From Candidatus Parcubacteria bacterium (lineage in GTDB: Bacteria > Patescibacteriota > Minisyncoccia > UBA6257 > HR35), in the NCBI GenBank assembly GCA_026004535.1, contig BPJI01000001.1, positions 79,915-143,914 on the forward strand: a DNA stretch of 64,000 nt, written 5' to 3'. Positions 1-10,085 of this stretch are shown piece after piece. Numbering within the stretch: the first letter of the stretch is position 1; each line of letters starts with the position of its first letter. A program made the position numbers and the translations under genes. The notes under the pieces were generated by a model, which was not told the DNA's origin, made no database searches, and saw nothing but the letters and a program-made list of their open reading frames with translations.

Positions 1-665
1 AAGATTGTCGCTAATTTTTTTCTGGCCTTATTTAAACGATATAAAGTTTCAACAACGTGAACAGGCAATCTGATTGTTCTTGCTTGATCAGATAAAGCTC
101 GAGAAATGGCTTGCCTTATCCACCAGGTAGCAAAAGTTGAAAATTTAAAGCCGCGCCGCCAATCAAAACGATCAACAGCCTTAATCAAGCCAGCATTACC
201 TTCTTGAATCAAATCCAAAAATGTTAAGCCTTTACTTCGGCCGATGTATTTTTTGGCAATACTGACAACCAATCTTAAATTAGATTTAATTAATCTTTCT
301 CTAGCCTCTAAATCTCCCTTAGCTGCTTTTTTAGCTAATTTTTTTTCTTCTTCAGGAGTAAGCAAAGGGTATTTACTGATTTCGCTTAAATATCTTTGAG
401 TTGCGTCAGACAAGCTTTCTTCATCAATTGATTCTCTTTTACCTTCTTCCCAAAGCTCGCCTGTGCTTTTAAGTTCAATACCGCTTGTTTCCAATCTTTC
501 ATAGATTTTATCCAAAATATCAATATTTTCTTCAACATTAGGGAACAAATATAAAATCTCATCTTCAGTCACAAAACCTCTTTCTTTACCTTTGGCAATC
601 AAGGATTTAATTTTCTCTTCAATAATCTCCTCTTTAGTTTTAATTTTTTTTTCTTTTTTATGCAT
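1..665 (-). CDS. rpoD: RNA polymerase sigma-70 factor RpoD; N-terminal ~220 aa inside the window, C-terminus lies beyond position 1
   Basis: Minus-strand translation gives a sigma-70 region 2 block ([55 protein letters not shown]). ATG at 665..663 sits immediately after the dnaG stop, the classic dnaG-rpoD arrangement. Confidence 0.85.
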   Translation of the reverse strand, partial: MHKKEKKIKTKEEIIEEKIKSLIAKGKERGFVTEDEILYLFPNVEENIDILDKIYERLETSGIELKSTGELWEEGKRESIDEESLSDATQRYLSEISKYPLLTPEEEKKLAKKAAKGDLEARERLIKSNLRLVVSIAKKYIGRSKGLTFLDLIQEGNAGLIKAVDRFDWRRGFKFSTFATWWIRQAISRALSDQARTIRLPVHVVETLYRLNKARKKLATI

Positions 666-2499
666 TTTTACTTATCTTTCTTAATTCCTGAGCTATATTT
701 TTAATCTCATTTAATATTTTAACTGATTCATCCTCATTGGCAAATTTCAATTTTTCATTCAATTGCTTAATATTTTTCTTCAAAAACAATATTTTTAAAT
801 TTTTAACTGTTCTCTCCAGTTCTTTTTTCAAATTTAGATTGGTTGTTAAGTAAAAATTTTTTGTCATTTCTAGATAATTAAATTCTTCTTCGTCGAGTTT
901 ATTTTCTAAAACCTTTAAAAATAATTGTTTAAATTTTTCTGATAGATATAAGGTAAAATCTTTAATATCATGCTGAACAAACAGAACTGACGCTGAACTA
1001 TCTGAATTATTTTTAGACGCAGAACTACACTGAACTGACTCAGAACTGTCGGGACTTTTCTGTGAGTTCTGTGTTAGTTCAGTAAGTTCTGCGGTAGTAC
1101 TTTTTTGTAAGTTCTGTGTGAGTTCTGTATAATTCTGCTTATTTAACAAAGTATAAATTAAAGAAATTGCTCTTAAAGAAAATTTTTCTTCTAATGTCTT
1201 CTCTTCGCTTAAATTACTAATTTTTTCTCGAGGCAAATTGATTTCTCTACGTAAACTATCAGGTAAATTTTTTAGTTCTTTTTCTAAAAATGATTTGTCA
1301 ATGTTTAATTTAACTGAAAGTTGATTTAAATAATTATCAATTTCAATGGCTGAAAGATTTTTTATTTGAGGCAAAAATATGGCTAAAATTTTTCCTTTGT
1401 CTTGATAATTATTTAAAAGATAATTTAATAAATAATCTTCAAACTTTTCTTCACTAATGTCTGCGTTAGTCCGCGTGTAGTCTGTATTAGTCTGGATTTT
1501 GCCAAAATATTCTCCCAAATCCTTTCCTGGATATATCAATCTAAATGTTTTAAAACCTAATTGCTGAGCCATTAAATTAGCTCTTAAACTCGCCTTAAAA
1601 CCAGCTTCATCATTATCAAAAGCTAAAATTAAATTGGATGCATATTTTTTTAGTTTTCTTAAATGATCTTCAGTTAAAGCCGAACCAGAAACAGCAACTA
1701 TATTTTTTAAATTGTTCTGCCAAGCTAAAAGAAAATCAAATTGGCCTTCGACTAAGATTATTTTTTTATCAACTAAGATATATTCCTTAGCAAAATAAAG
1801 ACCATAAAGAAATTGAGATTTCTTAAAAATTAATGTTTCAGGTGTATTTAGGTATTTTGGTCCAGGGAAATTGTCAGGAAAAATTCTACCAGTAAAACCA
1901 ACTAATTTGCCCTTTTCATCTCTTAAAGGGAAAATTATTCTTGATTGAAAACGATCAAAATTTTGGTTATCAATTAGGCCTGCTTTTTTAATTAATTCAT
2001 AACTGTAGCCTTGGGAATATAAATAATCTCTTAATAAAGTATGACCTGGCGAAAAACCAATTTCAAAAAAATTAATTATTTCTTTTTTCAATCCTCGTTT
2101 TAATAAATAATCTAGAACCTCTTCATTTTTCTTTAATTCTTGGCGAAAGAACTTTAAAGCTGAATAATTAATTTCCAAAACTTCTTTTTCCTCCTTTAAA
2201 CTTTTAAACTTTTCTCCTTTTAAACTTCCAGTATCGATACCATATTCTTCTTTGATTTTTTCTAAAACTTGTGCGTAATTTAAATTTTCGATTTGCATTA
2301 AAAATTTAATTACATCACCGCCTACAGAACAACCAAAACATTTAAAAATTTGCATCTCGGGCGAAACATAAAAAGATGGTTTTGTTTCTTTATGAAAAGG
2401 ACAAAGACCACTATAGTACTTACCAGCTCTTTTTAATTTGACATAACGACTGACAACCTCAACGATATCTAATCTGTTTTTAATTTCTTCAATGTTCAT
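658..2499 (-). CDS. dnaG: DNA primase DnaG, carrying an in-frame low-complexity insertion
   Basis: CHC2 zinc finger ([34 protein letters not shown]), Toprim region and synteny with rpoD. Residues ~450-510 are encoded by a repeat element (see the repeat at 963..1140). Confidence 0.85.
   Translation of the reverse strand: MNIEEIKNRLDIVEVVSRYVKLKRAGKYYSGLCPFHKETKPSFYVSPEMQIFKCFGCSVGGDVIKFLMQIENLNYAQVLEKIKEEYGIDTGSLKGEKFKSLKEEKEVLEINYSALKFFRQELKKNEEVLDYLLKRGLKKEIINFFEIGFSPGHTLLRDYLYSQGYSYELIKKAGLIDNQNFDRFQSRIIFPLRDEKGKLVGFTGRIFPDNFPGPKYLNTPETLIFKKSQFLYGLYFAKEYILVDKKIILVEGQFDFLLAWQNNLKNIVAVSGSALTEDHLRKLKKYASNLILAFDNDEAGFKASLRANLMAQQLGFKTFRLIYPGKDLGEYFGKIQTNTDYTRTNADISEEKFEDYLLNYLLNNYQDKGKILAIFLPQIKNLSAIEIDNYLNQLSVKLNIDKSFLEKELKNLPDSLRREINLPREKISNLSEEKTLEEKFSLRAISLIYTLLNKQNYTELTQNLQKSTTAELTELTQNSQKSPDSSESVQCSSASKNNSDSSASVLFVQHDIKDFTLYLSEKFKQLFLKVLENKLDEEEFNYLEMTKNFYLTTNLNLKKELERTVKNLKILFLKKNIKQLNEKLKFANEDESVKILNEIKNIAQELRKISKNA
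963..1140. repeat. ~160-bp palindromic MITE-like element (CAGAACTGA / TCAGTTCTG arms) lying in-frame inside dnaG
   Basis: Sequence gaattatttttagacgcagaactacactgaactgactcagaact...ttttctgtgagttctgtgttagttc closely matches 63881..64000 (gaattatttttaaatgcagaactatgctgagctgacgcagaact...ttttctgtaagttctgtgttggttc). The left and right halves are mutual reverse complements. Confidence 0.75.
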
Positions 2500-3979
2500 T
2501 GCTTAATTTTTTTAAAATGTCGTCTAAATTTTTATTTTTTTGATTTATTTCCTTCTTTTTTTCAATAACTATTTCTGCCTCAATCGCTTTCTTTAAAGAA
2601 ATACCCGTCTTTGTTCTTTCACTACATTCATCACAGATATTTTCACCCGAAGAAAGAAAAGGCTGACGACATTCTAAACAATAAACAACTTCTTTACCTT
2701 CTTTTTTTACTTGAGTAAAAACTTTAGCAATTCTACCTTCAACCAAACTTCTTCTTTTGGTATATTTTAGATGATTGAGATTAATTATTTCATCTTTAAA
2801 AGAAATTTCTGGCTTCATGATTGGAGGTAATGTTTTGGCTAAAAATGGATTAGTTGGTTTACCATCAACCAATAATTTAACATAAACATAATAAGAAGGC
2901 AAATTAACCAAATCGTCAATTTTGACTAAATTAGCAAACTCTTTACTAAAAATTTCAGCATCATTTGCTCCTAGACGAAAAACGATAAAAGTACCAACAT
3001 TACCAAAAACAGCCTTGATAATTTCTTCAGGCACTTGATCTAAATATTGATGAGCTAAAATTAAACTTAGATGATATTTTCTAGCTTCAGATAAAATATT
3101 AATGAACGATTCAGTAGCAAAATTTTGAAATTCATCAATATAAAGGTAAAAGTTTTTTCTTTGTTCTTCAGGGAGATCAACTCGACTCATAGCTGCTAAT
3201 TGAAATTTGGTAATCAAAAGACCACCTAAAAGCCTTGATGTTTCCTCACCAATGGCACCAACAGAAAGATTAGCTAAAAATATTTTGCCTTCATCCATAA
3301 TGTTTCTTAAATCAAAAGCTGACTCTGACTGGCCAATTATATTTCTGATTAAAGGATTGGTAATAAATTGACCAATTTTATTTTGAATTGGAGCAATAGC
3401 TTCAGTTCTAAATTGTAGATGATATTTACTAAATTCTTGTGTCCAAAAAGCTTTAACAACTTCATCTTTCAAATTACCAACAACCTGCTTTCTAAATTTA
3501 TCATCAGCAAGCATTCGGCTAACATCGAGCAAGGTCGAATTTGGCCATTCTAAAAGAGCCAACAAAGTATTGGTCAAAATATATTCCATTCTGGCTGACC
3601 AAGCATCAACCCAAATTTTTTTAAAGATTGAAAGCAAACTAATGGCAGTTACATGTCTATGTTCCCACGCAACTTTTTCTAAAGGATTAAAAGCTATTGG
3701 GTGATTAACATCTGTTGGATTAAAATAGATCACATCATCGATTCTTTCTTTGGGAATATAATCTAAAATTCTTTGAACACTATCACCATGAGGATCTAAA
3801 AAAGCTAAACCATTATTGTTTTGAATATCAAAATTCATCATATTTTCTAATAAAGTAGTCTTTCCTTGACCCGTCTTACCAATAATATAAATATGTCTTA
3901 ATCTATCTTTGTCCTTAATGCCAAATCTTGATTCTTTACCTCTAAAAGTCAAAATACCGAGAGGCAAAATTCTTTCCAT
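2489..3979 (-). CDS. VirD4/TraG/TraD-family P-loop NTPase (type IV coupling-protein-like ATPase domain) with a C-terminal Cys4 zinc ribbon; no N-terminal TM segment
   Basis: Walker A IGKTGQGKTTLL, a DPHGD motif (FLDPHGD), Walker B LYIDEFQNF and a C-terminal CLECRQ...CDECS ribbon. Overlaps dnaG by 11 nt in an operon-like arrangement. Confidence 0.5.
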   Translation of the reverse strand: MERILPLGILTFRGKESRFGIKDKDRLRHIYIIGKTGQGKTTLLENMMNFDIQNNNGLAFLDPHGDSVQRILDYIPKERIDDVIYFNPTDVNHPIAFNPLEKVAWEHRHVTAISLLSIFKKIWVDAWSARMEYILTNTLLALLEWPNSTLLDVSRMLADDKFRKQVVGNLKDEVVKAFWTQEFSKYHLQFRTEAIAPIQNKIGQFITNPLIRNIIGQSESAFDLRNIMDEGKIFLANLSVGAIGEETSRLLGGLLITKFQLAAMSRVDLPEEQRKNFYLYIDEFQNFATESFINILSEARKYHLSLILAHQYLDQVPEEIIKAVFGNVGTFIVFRLGANDAEIFSKEFANLVKIDDLVNLPSYYVYVKLLVDGKPTNPFLAKTLPPIMKPEISFKDEIINLNHLKYTKRRSLVEGRIAKVFTQVKKEGKEVVYCLECRQPFLSSGENICDECSERTKTGISLKKAIEAEIVIEKKKEINQKNKNLDDILKKLSNEH

Positions 3980-3986
3980 AAATTAA

Positions 3987-5309
3987 TTATAATTCTGGTA
4001 AAGGAATCTCGGGCGAGGGCGGTATTTCTCTAACAGGGGTTCTTTCAATACCTGAAGGAGGAACAAATTCCATAGGTGGGTGAAAGAGCGTAGCTAATTC
4101 TTCGCTGTTTAAAATAAAGGCTGAATCCAAATTTTTGGGTTTTAATTTATTTTTAATCCTTTGGGGTAATGCTGGTAGTCGATAACCTTTAAAATAAGCA
4201 TATTCTCTTCTTTTAATAAGAAAAATTCTTTTAGGCGACATTTTGGCCGCAGACATTGTTAAGGGGTAAAGACTGAAACCATTCAAATCTTCGGTTGAGA
4301 AATTTTTCAACGTACTTGAAATTAAAGCAATAATAGATTGTTTTTCTTTGTTAAAAATATCCTTAGTAGCTAAATAGCTTATTCTGAAATTACACCAAAA
4401 ACCCAATTTTCCTAATTTTTGCTGGATTAATTCCAAGACCCTTCTTTCGCCTGGGGTCAATTTTTGAATATTAAATTCTTCTTTGGATTTTTCTTCTTTT
4501 GTTTTCCAAGTAGGTTGACGAAACGGTGCTAACAAAAGATTAAAGATAAATTCTCTAACCTCTTCCCAGATACTTTGTTCTTTTTCTTCTTTTTTACCTA
4601 TCATCTTATTTACTATCTTTTGACCTCTCTCAATCCATTTTTTACCATGTTCTGAATTATCAGGAGTCGTAGGCAAAACAAATATTTGAAAAATTAACCA
4701 TTCTTTATTGGAAATTTGCCAAGCAGCTTCGGAGAAAGTTGTTAAAGGATCAATTTGTTGTTCTTTAGGTAAATATTCTAAAACAGAAAATGTTTTTATG
4801 GGGTAAGCATCTTCTTTATTTAAACGAGCATCGAAAATTTCGCCATCGAAAAGTGAATTAGGAATAGCTGGAGGGAAAAAGCCAAGAGGGTCTTCTGAGT
4901 CAATAAACTGAATCTGTGGATATTGGGAATAAAACCTTGTTTTAATAAATTCCTTTAATTCGCTGGGAAAGCGAATAAAAAATCTTAATTTACCGTCATG
5001 AGCAATAATTAAAAATGTATAACTTACAGGAACGAATCCCTTAATTTTTAGATTATACCAGGTAAGATCAGTTTCTGGATCAGGATGAATTGAATGTAAA
5101 GAATTAAAAACCTCTTCCATAGCTCTGGGATTACGAGTTATGCCTGAAGGGAATTTAATTTCTAAAAAGCTCCATTTCAACTGTTTAAGATATAAAGATC
5201 TTTTATAGCCCGTATATTTATCCCATAAAATTTGGAAAAATAGGATTGGTAAAAAAAACCACCAGAAATCAAAGAGAAATCTTAAAATGAAAGTAATTGG
5301 ATCAATCAT
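3987..5309 (-). CDS. Membrane-anchored protein (one N-terminal TM helix plus ~400-aa soluble domain), function unknown; translationally coupled to the ATPase
   Basis: Hydrophobic N-terminus [29 protein letters not shown]. There is an 8-nt overlap with the upstream gene and a 7-nt gap to the downstream ATPase gene. Confidence 0.4.
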   Translation of the reverse strand: MIDPITFILRFLFDFWWFFLPILFFQILWDKYTGYKRSLYLKQLKWSFLEIKFPSGITRNPRAMEEVFNSLHSIHPDPETDLTWYNLKIKGFVPVSYTFLIIAHDGKLRFFIRFPSELKEFIKTRFYSQYPQIQFIDSEDPLGFFPPAIPNSLFDGEIFDARLNKEDAYPIKTFSVLEYLPKEQQIDPLTTFSEAAWQISNKEWLIFQIFVLPTTPDNSEHGKKWIERGQKIVNKMIGKKEEKEQSIWEEVREFIFNLLLAPFRQPTWKTKEEKSKEEFNIQKLTPGERRVLELIQQKLGKLGFWCNFRISYLATKDIFNKEKQSIIALISSTLKNFSTEDLNGFSLYPLTMSAAKMSPKRIFLIKRREYAYFKGYRLPALPQRIKNKLKPKNLDSAFILNSEELATLFHPPMEFVPPSGIERTPVREIPPSPEIPLPEL

Positions 5310-6177
5310 TTTTTAAAACATAAACTCCTGGTTTAATTAAAACAAATTCATTATGTTTAATCAGTTCATTTCTGATTGAATTTGGATTATAGGTTTTGTG
5401 CCAGTAGTAATGAATTGATTCATCTTCCACTTTAGCTAATTGATGTAATTTCTGGTAAATTTCTTTAAAATGCATCGGTCTTCTCTCTAATTTAAAAATT
5501 AAATAAATTTTATCTTTTAAACAACGAGGGGTAATAAAATTATGATTCTTAACGCCCCAAAAATTAAACGGGTTTTTGCCAATATTTTTTAAAATTTTTA
5601 AAAAATCAATTAGATCATCATAACCTGGATTTATGTTAAAATGTTTTTTAATTTCCTTTAGAATTAAAGCTAAAATTTTCTCTTCAGGATAAACCTCTCT
5701 GCTGTCTAAAAAGGTAAGATAAATTTTTTTAAGTAAATGGAGACTGAATTGATAAATTTTTTCATTTTCAGCATAAAAATCGTCAAGATAATCATCGTTT
5801 TGATAATAAATTATTTCCTCTGAAAAAAGACTAAAAAATTTAAAGATTTTAATTTCTTGAAAAGAAAAATCAAGTTTTTGATCAAGAAAGTAAAAGAATG
5901 TTTTCCCTCGACGAACTCCAATTGGTTTTAAAAACTTTTTAGATTGTTTAATGATTTTACTTACTTCTTTATTTTTTTTAATTAAAGGGATAATTTTATT
6001 TAAAGCATTTTCTTGAATTTGTCTTATCCTCTCACGGGTTACATTATAATCATTTCCTAACTCTTCTAATGTTTCTTCCTCGCCTTCTAGACCAAATCTT
6101 CTGATAAGAATATCTTTTTCCCTCTGATTTAGACATGAAAAGACATCGCTTAATATTTTTGTCAAGTTCATAATCAT
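5302..6177 (-). CDS. Protein with an N-terminal sigma-70 region-4 HTH and a C-terminal HARE-HTH-like winged helix; not a full sigma factor
   Basis: N-terminus [47 protein letters not shown] matches sigma-70 region 4. C-terminus [15 protein letters not shown]...[24 protein letters not shown] resembles HARE-HTH (RNAP delta-like). First gene of a four- to five-gene minus-strand block. Confidence 0.5.
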   Translation of the reverse strand: MIMNLTKILSDVFSCLNQREKDILIRRFGLEGEEETLEELGNDYNVTRERIRQIQENALNKIIPLIKKNKEVSKIIKQSKKFLKPIGVRRGKTFFYFLDQKLDFSFQEIKIFKFFSLFSEEIIYYQNDDYLDDFYAENEKIYQFSLHLLKKIYLTFLDSREVYPEEKILALILKEIKKHFNINPGYDDLIDFLKILKNIGKNPFNFWGVKNHNFITPRCLKDKIYLIFKLERRPMHFKEIYQKLHQLAKVEDESIHYYWHKTYNPNSIRNELIKHNEFVLIKPGVYVLKND

Positions 6178-6206
6178 ATTATATCAAAAATTTTCTTAAA
6201 TTAAAA

Positions 6207-6232
6207 CCCCCGCTGTAAGCGGGGGTTTTAAT
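6207..6232. terminator. Bidirectional rho-independent terminator hairpin
   Basis: aaaacccccgctgtaagcgggggtttt is a perfect 9-bp GC-rich stem flanked by A-run and T-run. It lies between the small PT-rich gene and the sigma-r4 gene. Confidence 0.6.
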
Positions 6233-6251
6233 AATTATTTTTTTGACTAAA

Positions 6252-6467
6252 TTATAGTGTTGGTGTTGCTGATGGTGGTACTTCGGACTCTGGTGTTGGT
6301 GGTAAATCTGGTGTTGGTGGTAATTCAGGTGCTGGTGGTACCATAGGTGTTGGTTCAGGAGTTGGTGTTGTTGAACCTGGCGCTCCACCTCTTTTTACAA
6401 ACCAATAAGTAACTAGACCCAAGACCAAAAGAATAACGACAACAATTATTATATTTTTTTGATTCAT
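6252..6467 (-). CDS. Small membrane-anchored Pro/Thr-rich protein
   Basis: N-terminal TM IIIVVVILLVLGLVTYWF followed by TPEPTPMVPPAPELPPTPDLPPTPE. The overlapping His/Gln-rich ORF 6179..6388 is an alternative-frame artefact. Confidence 0.3.
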   Translation of the reverse strand: MNQKNIIIVVVILLVLGLVTYWFVKRGGAPGSTTPTPEPTPMVPPAPELPPTPDLPPTPESEVPPSATPTL

Positions 6468-6688
6468 TTTAAAGATCCTAATTTTAAATTACGACCATTA
6501 ATTATGTATTATGTTATAATTTTATCATAAATATTTAAAAAGTCAAAATTGAATCTGTGGAAAACTAGTTAATGAAAAATCTGTTTTTATTTATTATTTT
6601 CGTAATTATTATAATTCTATACGTCTGGATCTTTTCCAACCCTACTCTCTATTTTGAATTTTTAAAAATTATTGAAAAAATAAAATAA

Positions 6689-6726
6689 TTATCACTCTTG
6701 ACATTAAGGTGATAATTTGATATAAT
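6689..6726 (+). promoter_or_regulatory. Sigma-70 consensus promoter (TTGACA-17-TATAAT) overlapped by a CIRCE-like inverted repeat, upstream of the hsp20-hrcA-grpE-dnaK operon
   Basis: -35 ttgaca at 6698..6703, 17-nt spacer, -10 tataat at 6721..6726. The inverted repeat TTATCACTC-N9-AGGTGATAA at 6689..6715 resembles CIRCE (TTAGCACTC-N9-GAGTGCTAA), and hrcA is encoded two genes downstream. Confidence 0.55.
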
Positions 6727-6783
6727 ATTAATAAATTTTAAAGCTGACTAAGCTTAAGGTCGCATTAGGATTTAATTTAAAAC

Positions 6784-7191
6784 ATGGCCTTTCTTAGAAA
6801 GTGGGAACCATTCAGAGAATTAATCGAAAGATTCTTCGAGGAAGATTTTGATTTTCCTTTTTCCCCAAGATTAGCTACTGATGTTTATGAAACTGATAAG
6901 GATATTGTTGTTGAAATGAACGTACCTGGGTATAAAAAGGAAGATATTAAAATTTCTTTTCAAGATGGTTATTTAAAGATCGAAGGTAAAGCAAATGAAG
7001 AGAAAGAAGAAAAAGAAAAAAATTATTGGCGCAAAGAAATTAGAAGGGGATCATTTGTTAGGGTCATTCCTTTACCTAAAGAGGTTGATTCTAAAAAAGC
7101 CAAAGCAACATTTAAAGATGGAATTTTAACAATTTCTTTACCGAAGGTTGAAGAGGAAAAAGAGACTGGTGAAGAGATTAAGATCGAATAA
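6784..7191 (+). CDS. Small heat shock protein, Hsp20/alpha-crystallin family
   Basis: Alpha-crystallin domain (DIVVEMNVPGYKKEDIKISFQDGYLKIEGK...GSFVRVIPLP...KATFKDGILTISLPK). First gene after the promoter/CIRCE-like site. Confidence 0.85.
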   Translation: MAFLRKWEPFRELIERFFEEDFDFPFSPRLATDVYETDKDIVVEMNVPGYKKEDIKISFQDGYLKIEGKANEEKEEKEKNYWRKEIRRGSFVRVIPLPKEVDSKKAKATFKDGILTISLPKVEEEKETGEEIKIE

Positions 7192-7808
7192 TGTCATTAA
7201 CAGATATTCAAAAATATCTGTTTTATAAGTTAGTAAGAAGTTGCATTAAGAGAAAAAAACCTATTGGCTCTAAATTGTTGGCTAAAAAATTAAAAAATAA
7301 ACTTTCGCCTCCAAGTTTAAGAATCTATCTTCGGAAAATTGCCCAAAACGGCTATTTGGAAAATGTTGGCAGTGGTAGATTACCAACAGATAAAGGCTGG
7401 TACTATTATTTAGAAAATTTTAAGCTGAAACCTGAAATAAATTTGCCTCAAAATTTTGATCTTACACTTTGGGCTGAATTAACTAAAAATATTGTTTTTC
7501 TTTTCGAAGACAATCTCGTTATTAAAGGCTTGAAAAATGTTATTAATTTTAGGGAAAAGGAAATTGTTGAAGATTTATTAAATTTATGCGAGAATTTAGA
7601 GACAATTATCAAGAATTTAAGGAATGAGTTTAATATTTTAATCGGTCGTGATTTGCCTCAATCGAAAACAAAAAAGTTGTCTTTAATTGCTTATAAAGAT
7701 AAAAAAAGAGTTATTGGTTTTTTAGGTCATAAAATTAATTATTATCATACTAGTTTGGCTTTATTAAAAAAATTAACTGACAATGAACGAGGAAAAATTA
7801 CCAACTGA
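7191..7808 (+). CDS. hrcA: Heat-inducible transcription repressor HrcA (short form)
   Basis: N-terminal winged HTH aligns with HrcA (KKPIGSKLLAKKL...LSPPSLRIYLRKIAQNGYLENVGSGRLPTDKGWYYYL versus PVGSRTLSKK...SSATIRNEM..LEELGFIEK.HSSSGRVPSEKGYRYYV). Position upstream of grpE-dnaK. Confidence 0.6.
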   Translation: MSLTDIQKYLFYKLVRSCIKRKKPIGSKLLAKKLKNKLSPPSLRIYLRKIAQNGYLENVGSGRLPTDKGWYYYLENFKLKPEINLPQNFDLTLWAELTKNIVFLFEDNLVIKGLKNVINFREKEIVEDLLNLCENLETIIKNLRNEFNILIGRDLPQSKTKKLSLIAYKDKKRVIGFLGHKINYYHTSLALLKKLTDNERGKITN

Positions 7809-8280
7809 ACCAGAAACAATCCAAGAATTAATGAAAAAAATCGAGAATTTAGAGAAAGAAAAGAATGAATATTTTGAGAGTTTAAAAAGAGCTAAAGGTG
7901 ATGTTTTGAAAATTCAGAGAGAATTTGAAGAAAAATTTGAAGCAATGAAAGAGATTGCTAATTTTGACTTAATTTATCACTTGCTGTCTGTTCTAGATAG
8001 TTTTGAACTAGCTTTTCAAAAACAAAAAGAAATTGATCAAGGATTTTATTTAATCTATTCTCAATTAAAAGACATCTTAGAAAAATACGGTTTAGAAGAA
8101 ATTGAAACTGAAAATAAAAAATTTGATCCAAATTTTCATGAAGCAATTATAAGTAAAAAATGCGAGAAAGAAAATTGCCAAGGAGATGATGAAGGTTTAA
8201 TTGTTGAAACCCTAAGCAAAGGTTATCTTTATAAAGGTCGAGTTTTAAGACCAGCGAGAGTTAAAATTATTAATCACTAA
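7783..8280 (+). CDS. grpE: Nucleotide exchange factor GrpE
   Basis: Coiled-coil N-terminus and GrpE C-terminal domain (FDPNFHEAI...GYLYKGRVLRPARVKI), directly upstream of dnaK. The start may be the internal Met (MKKIENLEK) to avoid overlap with hrcA. Confidence 0.8.
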   Translation: MNEEKLPTEPETIQELMKKIENLEKEKNEYFESLKRAKGDVLKIQREFEEKFEAMKEIANFDLIYHLLSVLDSFELAFQKQKEIDQGFYLIYSQLKDILEKYGLEEIETENKKFDPNFHEAIISKKCEKENCQGDDEGLIVETLSKGYLYKGRVLRPARVKIINH

Positions 8281-10085
8281 TGGCAAGAGTTTTAGGTATT
8301 GATTTAGGAACAACTAATTCAGTTGCAGCAATTGTTGCTGCTGGTGTTCCAAAAGTCATCGAGAACAGAGAAGGTTCAAGAATAACTCCTTCAGTTGTGG
8401 CTATGTCTAGATCTGGAGAAAGACTTGTTGGTATTTTAGCTAAAAGACAAGCAGTAGCTAATCCTAAAAACACAATTTTTTCCGTCAAAAGATTAATTGG
8501 AAGGAGATTTAATGACCCTGAGGTTCAAAAAGCTAAAACTATTTTGCCCTATGAGATTAGAGAAAGCGAAAATGGAGGCGTTGAGGTAAAAATGGCTGAT
8601 CGATGGTATAAACCCGAAGAAATCTCAGCGATGGTGCTTCAAAAAATCAAATTAGATGTTGAAGAAAAATTAGGCGAAGAAATAAAAGAAGCAGTTATTA
8701 CTTGCCCAGCTTATTTTGACGACTCTCAAAGAGCAGCAACTAAAGCAGCTGGAGAAATTGCTGGGTTTGAAGTTAAAAGATTGTTACCTGAACCAACGGC
8801 AGCTGCTTTAGCCTATGGCCTTGATAAAAATATCAACGCTAAAATTTTAGTTTATGATTTTGGTGGTGGAACTTTTGATATTTCAATCTTAGAAGTTGGC
8901 GAAGGTGTAATTGAAACCAAAGCTATTGGTGGTGATACATTTTTAGGTGGTGATGATTTTGATCAAAGAATTATTCAATTTTTAATTGACTGGTATAAAA
9001 AAGAAGAAGGCGTTGATTTGAGTAATGACATTTTAGCTTTACAAAGATTAAAAGAGGCAGCTGAAAGAGCTAAACAAGAACTTTCAACTTTATACGAAAC
9101 AGAAATTAATTTACCATTTATTACTTCAACTCCTGAAGGGCCAAAACATCTTTATTACAAATTAACTAGAAGCCAATTAGAAGATTTAACTCGAGATTTG
9201 GTTGAAAGATCAATTGAACTTACTAAACAAACATTAAATGAAGCCGGTCTTAAACCAAGTGATATTGATGATATTGTTTTGGTTGGTGGTCAAACAAGAA
9301 TGCCTTTGATTCAACAAAAAGTCAAAGAATTATTCGGCAAAGAACCAAGGAAAGATATTAATCCAGATGAAGTTGTTGCTATTGGTGCCGCTATTCAAGC
9401 TGGCATTATTCAAGGAGAAATAAGAGAAATTTTACTTTTAGATGTTGTGCCTTTAACTTTGAGCATTGAAACCTTGGGTGGTATTGCTCATCCAATGATT
9501 CCCAAAAACACTCCCATCCCCTATTCAAAAAAAGAAATCTTTACTACAGCCGAAGATAATCAAACCGTAGTTGAAATTCACGTTGTTCAAGGAGAAAGAC
9601 CCTTGGCCCAAGATAATAAAACCTTGGCCAGATTTTTACTTGAAGGCATTCCTCCAGCACCAAGAGGCGTGCCTCAAATTGAAGTAACTTTTGATGTTGA
9701 CCAAAATGGAATTTTAACCGTAACTGCCTTAGATAAAGCAACCCAAAAAAGTCAAACTGTTAAAATCACAAATTCAGTCAATATCTCTAAAGAAGAAATT
9801 GAAAAATTAAAAAAGGAAGCTGAAGAGTATGCTGCTCAAGATTTTCAAAAAAGAAAATTAGCTGAAACCAAAAACCAAGCAGACAATTTAATTTATCAAG
9901 CCAAAAAATTACTTCAAGAATATCAAGATAAAATTAATCAAGAAACGAAAAATCAAATTGAAGAAAAAATAAAAGAGCTCGAAAATTTAAAAAATACAAG
10001 CCAAAATTATGAAGAAATTGATGCTAAAATTAAAGAATTAAATCAATTGCTAGCCGAAATTGGCAAAACATTCTATCAACAATAA
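8280..10085 (+). CDS. dnaK: Chaperone DnaK (Hsp70)
   Basis: [17 protein letters not shown] and [11 protein letters not shown] motifs, and the full 601-aa Hsp70 architecture. Confidence 0.95.
   Translation: MARVLGIDLGTTNSVAAIVAAGVPKVIENREGSRITPSVVAMSRSGERLVGILAKRQAVANPKNTIFSVKRLIGRRFNDPEVQKAKTILPYEIRESENGGVEVKMADRWYKPEEISAMVLQKIKLDVEEKLGEEIKEAVITCPAYFDDSQRAATKAAGEIAGFEVKRLLPEPTAAALAYGLDKNINAKILVYDFGGGTFDISILEVGEGVIETKAIGGDTFLGGDDFDQRIIQFLIDWYKKEEGVDLSNDILALQRLKEAAERAKQELSTLYETEINLPFITSTPEGPKHLYYKLTRSQLEDLTRDLVERSIELTKQTLNEAGLKPSDIDDIVLVGGQTRMPLIQQKVKELFGKEPRKDINPDEVVAIGAAIQAGIIQGEIREILLLDVVPLTLSIETLGGIAHPMIPKNTPIPYSKKEIFTTAEDNQTVVEIHVVQGERPLAQDNKTLARFLLEGIPPAPRGVPQIEVTFDVDQNGILTVTALDKATQKSQTVKITNSVNISKEEIEKLKKEAEEYAAQDFQKRKLAETKNQADNLIYQAKKLLQEYQDKINQETKNQIEEKIKELENLKNTSQNYEEIDAKIKELNQLLAEIGKTFYQQ

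Noticed and set aside
6179-6388. 69-aa His/Gln-rich ORF
   Set aside because: It is an alternative frame of the Pro/Thr-rich repeat DNA of 6252..6467. It has no start context and is compositionally an artefact.
7958-9741. Minus-strand ORFs 7958..8146, 8270..8488 and 9544..9741
   Set aside because: Antisense to grpE and dnaK, which are unambiguous genes. These are shadow ORFs.
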